Shown here piece by piece: positions 1 through 9,840 of a stretch of DNA of 64,000 bases. This stretch comes from Salinispira sp. (GTDB taxonomy: Bacteria; Spirochaetota; Spirochaetia; DSM-27196; Salinispiraceae): positions 224,001 through 288,000 of the forward strand of contig CBDDDG010000010.1 of assembly GCA_965226555.1 (NCBI GenBank), given 5' to 3'. The translations under genes and the position numbers were made by a program. A model generated the notes under the pieces. It saw only the letters and a program-made list of their open reading frames with translations, made no database searches and was not told the origin of the DNA. Numbering within the stretch: the stretch's first letter is position 1; the number at the start of each line of letters is the position of its first letter.

Positions 1-165
1 GATTTGGAAGGGTGGATTGATGAAAAAACCGGCTACAACCAATTCAGAATAGATAGCGCGCACGATTATAGCGAAGAAAAAGCGAAAGGCGTATTGTCTC
101 AAGTTGGCAACTTCATTGAAGATGCTACAGAAATTTATGAAAAAATGACTGCGGAAAATGAGTAA
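1..165 (+). CDS. C-terminal part of a HEPN-domain (HI0074/NTase_sub_bind-like) toxin, truncated by the window edge
   Basis: Frame 1 is open from base 1 to TAA at 163-165: DLEGWIDEKTGYNQFRIDSAHDYSEEKAKGVLSQVGNFIEDATEIYEKMTAENE. It has an RX4HXY motif (RIDSAHDY) and overlaps the start of an MNT-domain gene. Confidence 0.75.
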   Translation, partial: DLEGWIDEKTGYNQFRIDSAHDYSEEKAKGVLSQVGNFIEDATEIYEKMTAENE

Positions 166-1633
166 AGAACGGCACATTAAAGAAAAGCTCATAGATTTGG
201 AGCCGAAGCAACTACAGTTGCTGAAAACAATTATTACGCGCCACATTCCCAACAAAACCGTTTGGGCCTACGGCTCCCGCGTAACATGGAAGGCATCGGA
301 AACATCCGATTTGGATTTGGTTGTTTTTGGCTCTCATTCAGGCAAAATATTTGACCTGAAAGAATCCTTTGTTGAGAGTTCCCTTCTGATTTCGGTTGAT
401 GTAATGGATTGGGAAAGCATTCCCGACAGCTTCAAAGAAAACATTAGAAAGAAGTATGTGGTGATTCAGCAAAGCTCCGTGCCGGAGGGGTGGCGGGAAG
501 TGAAGTTCGAAAACATAGCCCATTTGGTCAAAAATACATGGCGAGTCGGTGATGAAAAATTACCATATGTAGGACTAGAACATATTGATAAGAACAGACT
601 AAGGTTAAATAGTGTTGGAAATTCTGATTCTATCTCAAGCAATAAATTCAGATTTGCCGTTGGAGATACTCTTTTTGGAAGGTTAAACCCATATTTTAGA
701 AAAGTCATAAAGCCGAAGTTTGAAGGAATTTGCTCTACGGATATTTGGGTTGTCCGACCAAAAGAAAATGTAAACAAAGATTATCTCTTTTACTTTTTTG
801 CGAATCAAGAACTAGTGGATATTGCCTCATCATCATCAATGGGCACAAGTCTGCCGAGAGCAGATTGGGATTTTCTTTCAGAAACCACATGGAAACTCCC
901 CCCGCCCCCCGAACAAAAAGCCATTGCCGAAGTCCTATCATCTCTGGACGACAAAATAGACCTGCTCCATCGCCAAAACACAACTCTGGAAAATATGGCG
1001 CAGACCTTGTTCCGCAAGTGGTTTGTGGAAGATGCGGATGAGGGATGGAAAGATGTTGAGTTAGGTGAGACCGTCAATATAGCCATTGGGAGAACCCCGC
1101 CAAGAAAAGAACATGAATGGTTTTCTAAGAAACCAGGTGATTGGAAATGGGTCTCCATTAAGGACATGGGAAAATGCGGGGTGTATATTTTTGACACCGC
1201 TGAATACCTGACTCAAGCAGCAGTTGAAAAATACAATATCCCTGTCATACCAAATAAAACCGTCATTCTTAGTTTTAAAATGACACTAGGAAGAGTAGGA
1301 ATAACAACCGAAGATATGCTATCCAATGAAGCAATAGCGCATTTCAAGTTTCGTCCCGGCACACCGTATAGCCGAGAGTATCTCTATTTTTTCCTGAAAT
1401 TATTCAAGTTTGCCTCTCTGGGAAGCACATCCTCAATCGTAACATCAATAAACACGGAAATGATTAGATCATTCAAAATTCCCATACCAGATGCAGAATC
1501 TATGTCCAAATTCGAAGGTATCGGTAAACTACTATTTGAGGGAATACACTCTAACCAATCACAAATCCGTACACTCGAAAACCTACGGAATCTGCTTTTG
1601 CCAAAACTGATGAGCGGGAAAGCGAGAATATGA
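158..1633 (+). CDS. hsdS: Type I RM specificity subunit with an N-terminal minimal nucleotidyltransferase (MNT) domain
   Basis: The first ~105 aa carry GSX10DXD (YGSRVTWKASETSDLD). Two TRDs follow, with the conserved linker PEQKAIAEVLSSLDDKIDL and the C-terminus LRNLLLPKLMSG. Confidence 0.92.
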   Translation: MSKERHIKEKLIDLEPKQLQLLKTIITRHIPNKTVWAYGSRVTWKASETSDLDLVVFGSHSGKIFDLKESFVESSLLISVDVMDWESIPDSFKENIRKKYVVIQQSSVPEGWREVKFENIAHLVKNTWRVGDEKLPYVGLEHIDKNRLRLNSVGNSDSISSNKFRFAVGDTLFGRLNPYFRKVIKPKFEGICSTDIWVVRPKENVNKDYLFYFFANQELVDIASSSSMGTSLPRADWDFLSETTWKLPPPPEQKAIAEVLSSLDDKIDLLHRQNTTLENMAQTLFRKWFVEDADEGWKDVELGETVNIAIGRTPPRKEHEWFSKKPGDWKWVSIKDMGKCGVYIFDTAEYLTQAAVEKYNIPVIPNKTVILSFKMTLGRVGITTEDMLSNEAIAHFKFRPGTPYSREYLYFFLKLFKFASLGSTSSIVTSINTEMIRSFKIPIPDAESMSKFEGIGKLLFEGIHSNQSQIRTLENLRNLLLPKLMSGKARI

Positions 1634-4011
1634 TTAAGAAAATATTGAAAATTGAGAATATGGGATCATTCAAGAATTTTGAGTGGGATTCTTCCATGAG
1701 TGATGGTGGTAACAACATAGTTGAATTTAAAAAGGTAAATATATTCTACGGAAGAAACTATTCAGGAAAAACAACGCTTTCTCGAATCTTTCGTGCAATA
1801 GAAAAAAATGAACTGCCACCAAATTATAAAGATGTGTATTTTTCTTTTTCAGATGAAAACAATAATGAAATTTCACAAGACTCTTTGGCAAACTATACCA
1901 AAAACATAAGAGTATTTAACAAGGACTTTATGAAAGAAAATTTGAATTTCATCTACGATGAAGACAGAGATATCAAATCATTTGCAATTCTGGGACAAGA
2001 GAACACAAAAATCCAAGAGCAGATAAATGAATTGGAGAATCAGTTAGGTTCAGAAGAAGAGAAAACAGGTCTTTATGGTAAATTAGCAACTGCCGAAGAC
2101 AAGCAGGAAGAAGCTCAAAACAAGCACACGGAAGCTATTGAGGAATTGGATAATACATTAAGAAATAAAGCTCGTAACATAAAACAGGCAGCTGAGGAGT
2201 TTGGAGATGTAAACTATGATATTAGAAAAATTAAAACAGATATTGATTTGGTGAAAAAATTCTCATATTCACCTATCACTCCAGAGAAGAAAAAACAATT
2301 CAAGGATATCATAAAGGAAAAGGCAAAACATCAAATGATACCCCTCACAGCGATGAGTCTACACTTTGATGATTTATCAAAAAAAACCAATATACTGGTT
2401 GAAAAAGAAATTTCTGTTACAAAACCTATACAGGAACTTTTAAATGACTCCACATTACAAAAATGGGTATTAAATGGAATGGAACTCCATCGCAAAAGAA
2501 ATCGGTGTGGATTTTGTGGGCAATCTCTGCCGAAAGATATATGGAAAAAACTGGAAGACCACTTTAATGAAGAATCAAAAAATCTTACAAGCGAAATCGA
2601 ATCACTTGTGCAAGAAGTAGAGCAAGAAAGAAAAATGGTCTCGGGTTATAGAGAAAACGATACATTGAAAAAAATGAACTACTATTCAAATTTTCATGAT
2701 GAACTAGATACTAATATGACAAGATACAAGAATGAATCAGAAAAATATTGCAAAGCCTTAGAATTGTTAATGAAACAACTTAACTACAGAAAGGAAAATA
2801 TACTCAAACATGGTAGTTTTCAAAATTGCAATTCGAGCGCATTTGAATTACTTAAAGCCGTGAAGAATTTGCTCGGTATTATTAAGAAATCAAACAAATT
2901 CTCCTACTCATTGTCTGACAAGCAGAAGCTGGCAAAAGAATCTTTACGGTTGCATGAAGTGGAGAAATTCATTAAAGACATCCGTTATGATAAAAAAAAC
3001 AAAACAATCAGTGATTTGGAATCTGATAAGTTAGCTGCGAAAAAAGATTACGCCGAGAAATTGGAAAATGTGGAATATCAAATTGAAAAAATAGAACCCC
3101 TGAGAACCGAATTAAAAGATGAGTCCAAAGCTGCAGGAAAAATCAATAGTCTTTTAAAATCTCATTTTAGACATGACTCTTTGTCATTACATGCTATTGA
3201 AAAAGAAGATGGAGATTCAAAAACATATCAATTTGAGATAAGAAGAGAAAATGAGAAAGCATACAACTTAAGTGAAGGTGAATGTAGCCTGATTGCATTT
3301 TGCTATTTTGTAGCGAGTCTTAGTGATAGTGAGACGGGAGAAACACCTCTTATTTGGATTGACGACCCTATATCAAGCCTTGACTCCAACCACATATTTT
3401 TTGTTTATAGTATGATTCACAGCGAAATTGTGAAACCAAAGAAATATGAACAGCTATTTATTGCAACACATAATCTTGATTTTCTTAAATATCTCAAAAG
3501 AATTTCGAAAGATTGGGAAGGAAAAGGTAAAAACAAAAAGAAGATACGCGAATTCTTTCTTGTGGAAAAAGAACAAAAAAACAGTACAGTTTCAGTAATG
3601 CCACGATATCTTAAGGAATATGCCACCGAGTTTAATTACCTGTTTGGAAAAATTTATAAATGCGCCACAGCAGACAAATCTGATGATAGCAACTATCAGG
3701 ATTTCCTCAGCTTTGGAAACAATGCAAGGAAGTTTTTAGAACTTTTCCTCTATTATCGCTATCCCAGCACAATAGAGGATCATGAGAAGCAGAGGAAATT
3801 TTTTGGAAAAGAAGAAAACATTCCTACCATTCTAACAAGGAAACTTACAAACGAACGTTCACATTTATCTGGACAATTGGAACGGGGTGCACAACCCATT
3901 GATACGGAAATAGCAGAAATACAAAATGTTGCTAACCTGATACTCGATAAAATCAAAAAGTATAATAAAGGGCAATATAATGAACTTGTGAAAAGCATTG
4001 GAGCTGATTAA
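1630..4011 (+). CDS. RloC-like AAA_13 ABC/SMC ATPase with zinc hook and C-terminal HEPN (anticodon-nuclease-like)
   Basis: Walker A GRNYSGKT, coiled coil with CGFC hook, signature LSEGE, Walker B/D-loop WIDDPISSLD, H-loop ATHN, C-terminal NARKFLE...RKLTNERSH. ATGA overlap with hsdS. Confidence 0.8.
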   Translation: MIKKILKIENMGSFKNFEWDSSMSDGGNNIVEFKKVNIFYGRNYSGKTTLSRIFRAIEKNELPPNYKDVYFSFSDENNNEISQDSLANYTKNIRVFNKDFMKENLNFIYDEDRDIKSFAILGQENTKIQEQINELENQLGSEEEKTGLYGKLATAEDKQEEAQNKHTEAIEELDNTLRNKARNIKQAAEEFGDVNYDIRKIKTDIDLVKKFSYSPITPEKKKQFKDIIKEKAKHQMIPLTAMSLHFDDLSKKTNILVEKEISVTKPIQELLNDSTLQKWVLNGMELHRKRNRCGFCGQSLPKDIWKKLEDHFNEESKNLTSEIESLVQEVEQERKMVSGYRENDTLKKMNYYSNFHDELDTNMTRYKNESEKYCKALELLMKQLNYRKENILKHGSFQNCNSSAFELLKAVKNLLGIIKKSNKFSYSLSDKQKLAKESLRLHEVEKFIKDIRYDKKNKTISDLESDKLAAKKDYAEKLENVEYQIEKIEPLRTELKDESKAAGKINSLLKSHFRHDSLSLHAIEKEDGDSKTYQFEIRRENEKAYNLSEGECSLIAFCYFVASLSDSETGETPLIWIDDPISSLDSNHIFFVYSMIHSEIVKPKKYEQLFIATHNLDFLKYLKRISKDWEGKGKNKKKIREFFLVEKEQKNSTVSVMPRYLKEYATEFNYLFGKIYKCATADKSDDSNYQDFLSFGNNARKFLELFLYYRYPSTIEDHEKQRKFFGKEENIPTILTRKLTNERSHLSGQLERGAQPIDTEIAEIQNVANLILDKIKKYNKGQYNELVKSIGAD

Positions 4012-4167
4012 ACCGAATTGGATAACAGATAATATTCACAAAAATGATAAAAAAAGATACAAGATTAGACATTTTTAAAACTGCATTATTCATCTTAATG
4101 GTACTATAGTACATGAAACCTCCGTAGGAAATTGACTGTGATGTGAAATGTATTTTATAGTCTATTT

Positions 4168-5103
4168 TTAGTTTAGTAGTCTTCTGTTTTTATTTTCAAT
4201 TCTTTTTTGTGCTTTTTTAGCAATATTAATTAAGTTTAATTTCTTTGGAGCATTACGTTTCAAATTTTCTTCAAATTTTTTCAGATTACCTGAGTCTTTT
4301 GCCGCAGATGCTTTAATAATATCAATTAAATCATCAATTTGTTTAACTCCAATAATCATTCCGCCTGTAACATTGGCTACCCATGAAAAAAAATTGGGAT
4401 GTCCCAGACAAGATACTCTTTCAGAAAAATCGCCGACATCTGTATCTTTCAGTTGTTGTAATTCGTCATCCGAATAACCTCCGCCACAAAAAACACTATT
4501 GACGATAATGTTATTTCCAAACATTTTTTTTGTTAAATCAAAATAACTGTATTGATTAGGACATTGAGCAGGTTCATGAGGTTGGGCATCACCAAATAAA
4601 ACTACAGAACGATTACCAATTTCTCGCCAATTCAAATTGATAATATCATTAAATGCATCTTCCACGGCTTCATCAAATGTGTTATTCCCATTGTGATCAA
4701 CAGAGATACTTTCAATAAAATACTGCAATTGTTCAATATCCTTGGTTAATTGACACACTTTTGTAAGGTAAGGCAGGTGATCATCATGATCTAAATAAAA
4801 AATAATTCCTATTTTCAAATTTTTAATCATAGGGAAAAGTTCTTTACATAAGTCTTTAAATTTATCTTTCAATATCCTATGATATTCTGTCATTGAAGCT
4901 GTCAAATCTCCTACCAAAACCAAATCAAGTCCTTGATTCTTTTGATAAATATCTTGTTGAACTGATTTAGTTTCTTTCATTGCTTTAGCAACAGCTGTTT
5001 TTTTACTTAAATCCAAAGTTTGTATTTTCTTTTTTTTAGTTACTTTAGATAATGAACCAGTTTTTTTAACAGCAGGTAAATTCAATTTTTTGTCATCACT
5101 CAT
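4168..5103 (-). CDS. von Willebrand factor A (vWA) domain protein
   Basis: MIDAS-like DLVLVGDLTASM, then DEAVEDA and VVLFGDAQPH. RBS AGGAGA upstream. Very AT-rich. Confidence 0.75.
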   Translation of the reverse strand: MSDDKKLNLPAVKKTGSLSKVTKKKKIQTLDLSKKTAVAKAMKETKSVQQDIYQKNQGLDLVLVGDLTASMTEYHRILKDKFKDLCKELFPMIKNLKIGIIFYLDHDDHLPYLTKVCQLTKDIEQLQYFIESISVDHNGNNTFDEAVEDAFNDIINLNWREIGNRSVVLFGDAQPHEPAQCPNQYSYFDLTKKMFGNNIIVNSVFCGGGYSDDELQQLKDTDVGDFSERVSCLGHPNFFSWVANVTGGMIIGVKQIDDLIDIIKASAAKDSGNLKKFEENLKRNAPKKLNLINIAKKAQKRIENKNRRLLN

Positions 5104-5123
5104 TGTTTTTCTCCTTGATTGCT

Positions 5124-6488
5124 TTATTTTCTTTTATCATCATAATCCTTTCTTTTATTTTCATCTGATAATATTTCGTATGCTTTATTCAGTTCTTTCA
5201 TTTTCTCCTCTGATTCTTTCTTTTTCTCCTCTGATGCGTTATCAGGATTATCAGGGTGATATTTCTTTGCCAACTTCCTATAAGCCCCTTTTATTTCTTC
5301 GGGCGTGGCATTTTTCTCGACACCTAATATTTCATAATAATCGGTTTGATCTTCTTCACTATTTTCTTCTTCCTGTGACTCATCAAATATTTTAGCTAAT
5401 ATTTGTATTAACAATTCATAATTTTTACATGTTGCCAAACCAAACATAATATACCTGTATGCCGATGAAAACTCCCATGCTTTTTTAGATTTCTCTGCAT
5501 CTAAAAAATAATCATCAATTTGCTCAATCCATTTTTCTACACCATCTATTGGTTCATTTGAAATGGCATGTTCTTTTATCTGTTCTGATTGTATTCTCAA
5601 GTCATCAAATGATACATCAAGTTCATTGAGCGGAGTTGCAAAACCTTGAAACGTCCCTTTGCAATATTTCTCCTGTAATTCGTCAAATTCTTTTGCTTTA
5701 TCTTCCGATAACTTTTTGGCCTGCCTAATAGCTTCTTGTACAACAATTTTAGCTTCTTTACCTTCTTCACTTCTATCAAACTTTATAGCATCTGCTGTAT
5801 CTTTAATTTTTTCTATATCTGCTAGTTTTCTATCGTATTCTTCAATTTTTTCTTTTAATTTCTGTTCTATTTCTCCTCTTTCTTCTTCAAACTTTCTTTC
5901 TCTTTCTGTTATTTCTTCATCTTTTTTTTCAGCATTTTGAAAAATTTTCTTTGACTCTCTTTTTTGACGATTAATATCGGTTTTTCTTTCTTTTAAATTT
6001 GATTCTAATTCTTTTAATTCCTTTTCTTTTTGTACAATTTCACGATTTTTTTGTTCAAATTCTTCTTTTATTTTTTGGGCAGAATTAACCTCTTTTTTAG
6101 CCTTCTTTTCTCGTTTTCTAATATCATCTCTTTCATTATCCAAACTCTTATCTTTTTGTCTAACTCTCGACTCTTCTTGCCTAACAGTAGATTGTCTCGC
6201 TTCAATATTAATTTCGTGTTTTCGTATCTCTTTTACTCTCTCGTCCGAAGAATGTTCTTTTTCTTTTACATTAGTCTCCCTTTGTAAAAGAATATTTTTA
6301 GTTTTGTCATTTTCTAAAACCAGTTGAGTGAGATTTTTAGATTCTTGACCAACTTTTTTAGATTCATTAACAAGTTCAGCACCAATTTTTAAACTACTTT
6401 CTTGAATCTTTGTATTAGTTGCTATTTTCTCATCTAATACTTGTCTTCTATTTTTACCACCGAGACCGAATTTTTTTAACCACTCCAT
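5124..6488 (-). CDS. Long coiled-coil protein with C-terminal J-domain
   Basis: C-terminus DYYEILGV...[11 protein letters not shown]...[10 protein letters not shown] (HPD motif), preceded by ~300 aa of K/E-rich coiled coil. Start placed at MEWLKK (6488) after AAGGA; the ORF track start is 6560. Confidence 0.8.
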   Translation of the reverse strand: MEWLKKFGLGGKNRRQVLDEKIATNTKIQESSLKIGAELVNESKKVGQESKNLTQLVLENDKTKNILLQRETNVKEKEHSSDERVKEIRKHEINIEARQSTVRQEESRVRQKDKSLDNERDDIRKREKKAKKEVNSAQKIKEEFEQKNREIVQKEKELKELESNLKERKTDINRQKRESKKIFQNAEKKDEEITERERKFEEERGEIEQKLKEKIEEYDRKLADIEKIKDTADAIKFDRSEEGKEAKIVVQEAIRQAKKLSEDKAKEFDELQEKYCKGTFQGFATPLNELDVSFDDLRIQSEQIKEHAISNEPIDGVEKWIEQIDDYFLDAEKSKKAWEFSSAYRYIMFGLATCKNYELLIQILAKIFDESQEEENSEEDQTDYYEILGVEKNATPEEIKGAYRKLAKKYHPDNPDNASEEKKKESEEKMKELNKAYEILSDENKRKDYDDKRK

Positions 6489-6784
6489 TCTTTTTCCTTT
6501 ATTAAGAAACAAAAACAATCCATTAACATTAAATATTTCACAAACCTCATTTTTGTACAATAAGAGTATATTGTGCAGACACTAAAAAACAATACTACCC
6601 CATAAATTGTTTGTATGTCGATTTTTATGGAAACAATTTTAAGATAGGTTTTATAGCCAGCTCCCCAAAGAACGAAATCCTGCATAAATCTAATAGAAAC
6701 TTTTGCATTTTGTAAAACTTTTGATCTTGCTTCGATTTAACGGACACTCTTCTAAGCACGATACTATAGGGAGAGGAGAGTGTT

Positions 6785-7069
6785 ATGGAAACACGGAAAG
6801 TCAGAAAATTCTATGATGAGGATTTTAAGGAACAGGCTGTGGAGCTTGCCAAAGAAATTGGCACGAAGCAGGCGACGGAAAAGCTGGGTATAGCAAGTTA
6901 TCATACCCTCGCGAAATGGGTTCGGAACGACCAGAAAGGTCCCGAGTTTCGGGAACTTCAGGAAGCCCTGGCCGAGAACAAACGATTGAGAAAGGAACTG
7001 CGCGCCGAGAAAAAGGCGGTGGCAATACTCAATGATGCAATGGTTTTTTTTGCAGAAAGGAGAACCTGA
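6785..7069 (+). CDS. IS3 transposase OrfA (HTH)
   Basis: RKFYDEDFKEQAVEL...TLAKWV HTH_Tnp_1-type start and leucine-zipper ENKRLRKEL. Confidence 0.9.
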   Translation: METRKVRKFYDEDFKEQAVELAKEIGTKQATEKLGIASYHTLAKWVRNDQKGPEFRELQEALAENKRLRKELRAEKKAVAILNDAMVFFAERRT

Positions 7070-7070
7070 A

Positions 7071-7955
7071 ATGAAGTATCGGGGAATTGAGCAGCTGAAG
7101 CAGACCGGACATGCTGTTGCACCATGCTGCAAACTTCTGAAGGCGTCCAGCTCGGGATTCTATGACTGGCTTAAGCGAGAACCGTCCACAAACACCCGCA
7201 GGGATGATGAGCTTGCGGGTAAAATTCTGCGTATGTATACTGAAAATAAGGGATGCTACGGTTCGCCCCGAATTCACCGGCTGCTGCATCTTCATGGTGA
7301 AGAAATCGGAAGGAACCGGGTCGCCCGGCTTATGAGGGAATCGGGGCTCAATGCGGGGAGAACGAAGGCATATCGCCCGCGAACAACAATGAGCAATCCA
7401 TCCCAGAAGAAGTCTCCGCGGGTGTTTCGCATTGAAAGCTCCACGGTTACGAAAGCGAATGAGGTCTGGGCATCGGACCTCACGTACCTGCCCGCCGGCG
7501 CAGGATTTGCGTACCTTGTTGTGGTTCTGGACATCTATACCCGGGAAATTAAAGGCTGGAATGTCAGTGATTCCATGGAGAGTAAACAGACAGAAAATGC
7601 CCTGTTACAGGCCGTACGGAGAACTCCTGGGGAGTTGAATAGCGTGGTCTTTCATTCAGACCAGGGAACGCAGTATTGCGCGCAGAGCATTCGAGATAAA
7701 CTGGAAATGTTACATATTACCCAGTCGATGTCGAGAAGGGGAAATTGCTACGATAATGCCTTTGTGGAAAGTTTTTTTCACACGCTGAAGAATGAGCTTG
7801 GTAAGCCGAGGTTTCAGAACCTTCAGGAGGCGCGGAAGATAGTTTTTGAATACATCAACTGGTATAACCGAGAGAGGCTTCATTCTTCTCTTGACTATAT
7901 GAGTCCGATGAATTATGCTTTGAAAACAGCAGGAGAATCCTGTTGTGTTGCTTAG
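7071..7955 (+). CDS. IS3 transposase OrfB (DDE integrase core)
   Basis: YGSPRI, WASDLTY, FHSDQGTQY, DNAFVESFFHTLKNE, YNRERLHSSL. AAGGAG precedes ATG 7071; the frame is open from 7032. Confidence 0.92.
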   Translation: MKYRGIEQLKQTGHAVAPCCKLLKASSSGFYDWLKREPSTNTRRDDELAGKILRMYTENKGCYGSPRIHRLLHLHGEEIGRNRVARLMRESGLNAGRTKAYRPRTTMSNPSQKKSPRVFRIESSTVTKANEVWASDLTYLPAGAGFAYLVVVLDIYTREIKGWNVSDSMESKQTENALLQAVRRTPGELNSVVFHSDQGTQYCAQSIRDKLEMLHITQSMSRRGNCYDNAFVESFFHTLKNELGKPRFQNLQEARKIVFEYINWYNRERLHSSLDYMSPMNYALKTAGESCCVA

Positions 7956-8005
7956 CGGATTGTCCGAATTTTCGAAGCAAGATCACTTTCACATAGAATA
8001 ACCCC

Positions 8006-9745
8006 ATGAAATTGACTCTAAAAAAAGAATACAAAAGCATTACCTTAGCAGATAAAAACGATTTTGAAAGCTTAGACCTACCAAGTTTTTCCGTTATAAC
8101 AGGAACAAACGGAAGCGGCAAAACACATTTCCTCGAAGCAATCGACAACACTCACATTTCAATTGATAGCAACAAAGTAGCCATTTTATTTAACTACAAC
8201 AACTTTCTTTTAGACAATACAGTGGGTGAAAATGCGCACGGAGACAAGCGGCGCCCCAAAAAATACAACGATGTTATTGGACTTTTTGAAAATGATATGT
8301 TTCTTGGACTTATAGGACATTGCAATGAAAATACTGCCTGTGAATTAGTTGACGAATTCCTTAACAACGGCAAATCTGAAAAGTTTCATAATTTAATTTT
8401 GAAATGCATCAAACAAGCAGGACACCCGGGAAGAATGCCAGAAGGTATTCAGTGGTTTCGATATAGTTTTAAGGTTTTAGAAGAAAACAACTTCATAAAA
8501 GACTTAAAAGAATCTGGATTACCAACACAAGAGTTTCTCCATAACTATAAAATGATGAGTTTAAGTTCTCTGATAGGCAGGTCTATATCCAATGACTATA
8601 AAATTTACTTGTCAGATTCTTACAATGCTAGACTCAAAAGCAAACAATTTTGCTCAGAAAACACACAAAACTATCAAAACCCCTTGAAGATATTCAATGA
8701 TGTGTTAAAAAAATACTCCTGCAATGATTTTTTGTTTGTTGAGAATAAAAAAATTAAGGATGCCGAACCCAGAGATATCCTATCTTTGGGCGAAACGACT
8801 TCAGAAAAGTTTAAAAAACATCTAATTCAATTAAAGTTGGTAAATCCTGAAGGATTGGAAATTGATGTTGAGCAATTATCTTCTGGAGAAAAAACTCTGC
8901 TCGCCCTGTCTTCCTTTGTGTATAAAAATACTTACAACAGAAAACTAAGCGGAATGTATAGAGAGGACATTGTTTTATTATTGGATGAGATAGATACCAA
9001 TCTGCACCCGTCCATGGTGAAACAAATGTTGGAAGTTATCAAAGATGTATTTGTAGGTGAGTATAAATACGATGTCATTATGGTTACACACTCGCCCACA
9101 ACTATTGCACTCGCGCCTGAAGGATCGGTTTTTGTAATGCGCAGGAAAAACGATGTGGGAAAGCGTCTGGAACAAACAACTAACGAATATGCCGTAAATA
9201 CTCTCACGGAAGGTTTTGCTACTCTAGACAAAGGCATTCATCTATTTGACCAAGTTGCCAGAGAAAAAATCTCAATAATCACCGAAGGAAACAACACCCA
9301 ATACATAGAAAAGGCCTTATCATTTTATTACGAAGGCGATGATATTGGAATATTAACCGGAGCTGAGGGCAGGTCTGGAAAAAACATACTGAAAACTTTG
9401 TTTCAATTGTTTACGAGGTTCAATCATAACAACAAAGTAATTTTTGTCTTTGACTGCGATACTGCTCAAGAAATGTCTTCTTTGAAAGATGAAAACAATA
9501 CCTATGCTTTTGTATTTGAGAAAAACGAAGAAAATGACAAAGTTAAAAAAGGTATTGAGAATTTATTTCCCAAAGAAAGATTTTTAGATGAGTTTTATAC
9601 ACAAAAACCATTAGACGATGGAGGGCAAACAGAACATTTGGATAAAAATTGTTTTATGGATTTTATGTTGAATGATGGAACCGAACAGGATTTTGCGAAA
9701 TTCCGCCCGTTAATAGATAAAATTAACGAACTAAAGAAAGGTTAA
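8006..9745 (+). CDS. ABC/AAA ATPase with C-terminal TOPRIM-like domain (OLD-family-like nuclease)
   Basis: Walker A GTNGSGKT, LSSGE, LLLDEIDTNLHP, VTHSP, then IITEG...VFDCD...GIENLF (TOPRIM E and DxD). Confidence 0.75.
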   Translation: MKLTLKKEYKSITLADKNDFESLDLPSFSVITGTNGSGKTHFLEAIDNTHISIDSNKVAILFNYNNFLLDNTVGENAHGDKRRPKKYNDVIGLFENDMFLGLIGHCNENTACELVDEFLNNGKSEKFHNLILKCIKQAGHPGRMPEGIQWFRYSFKVLEENNFIKDLKESGLPTQEFLHNYKMMSLSSLIGRSISNDYKIYLSDSYNARLKSKQFCSENTQNYQNPLKIFNDVLKKYSCNDFLFVENKKIKDAEPRDILSLGETTSEKFKKHLIQLKLVNPEGLEIDVEQLSSGEKTLLALSSFVYKNTYNRKLSGMYREDIVLLLDEIDTNLHPSMVKQMLEVIKDVFVGEYKYDVIMVTHSPTTIALAPEGSVFVMRRKNDVGKRLEQTTNEYAVNTLTEGFATLDKGIHLFDQVAREKISIITEGNNTQYIEKALSFYYEGDDIGILTGAEGRSGKNILKTLFQLFTRFNHNNKVIFVFDCDTAQEMSSLKDENNTYAFVFEKNEENDKVKKGIENLFPKERFLDEFYTQKPLDDGGQTEHLDKNCFMDFMLNDGTEQDFAKFRPLIDKINELKKG

Positions 9746-9778
9746 ATCGAAATCGAATATGACCACCATCTACGAATC
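9736..9778 (+). repeat. 43-bp direct repeat copy 1 (gene end + hsdR-like start)
   Basis: GAAAGGTTAAATCGAAATCGAATATGACCACCATCTACGAATC matches 10566-10608 with 3 mismatches. Its last 20 nt match the hsdR start at 11850. Confidence 0.9.
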
Positions 9779-9840
9779 TTGCAAATCCGCGTGATAAATA
9801 CGATGATAGTCGCAATCAATAATTAGATAGGGTAAAACTG

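Larger units (their letters stand above)
6722..7985 (+). mobile_element. IS3-family insertion sequence, 1264 bp
   Basis: Terminal inverted repeats TGATCTTGCTTCGA...CGGACA (6722) and TGTCCG...TCGAAGCAAGATCA (7985), TG..CA ends. 4-bp target duplication CTTT at 6718-6721 and 7986-7989. Confidence 0.95.

Noticed and set aside
4005..4020. TAAACCGAA after rloC as another copy of the cassette repeat
   Set aside because: Only ~9 nt of similarity to TAAA(T/G)CGAA, too short to distinguish from chance.
5124..6488. Housekeeping dnaJ
   Set aside because: The J-domain is C-terminal, with no G/F region or zinc finger and no dnaK/grpE nearby.
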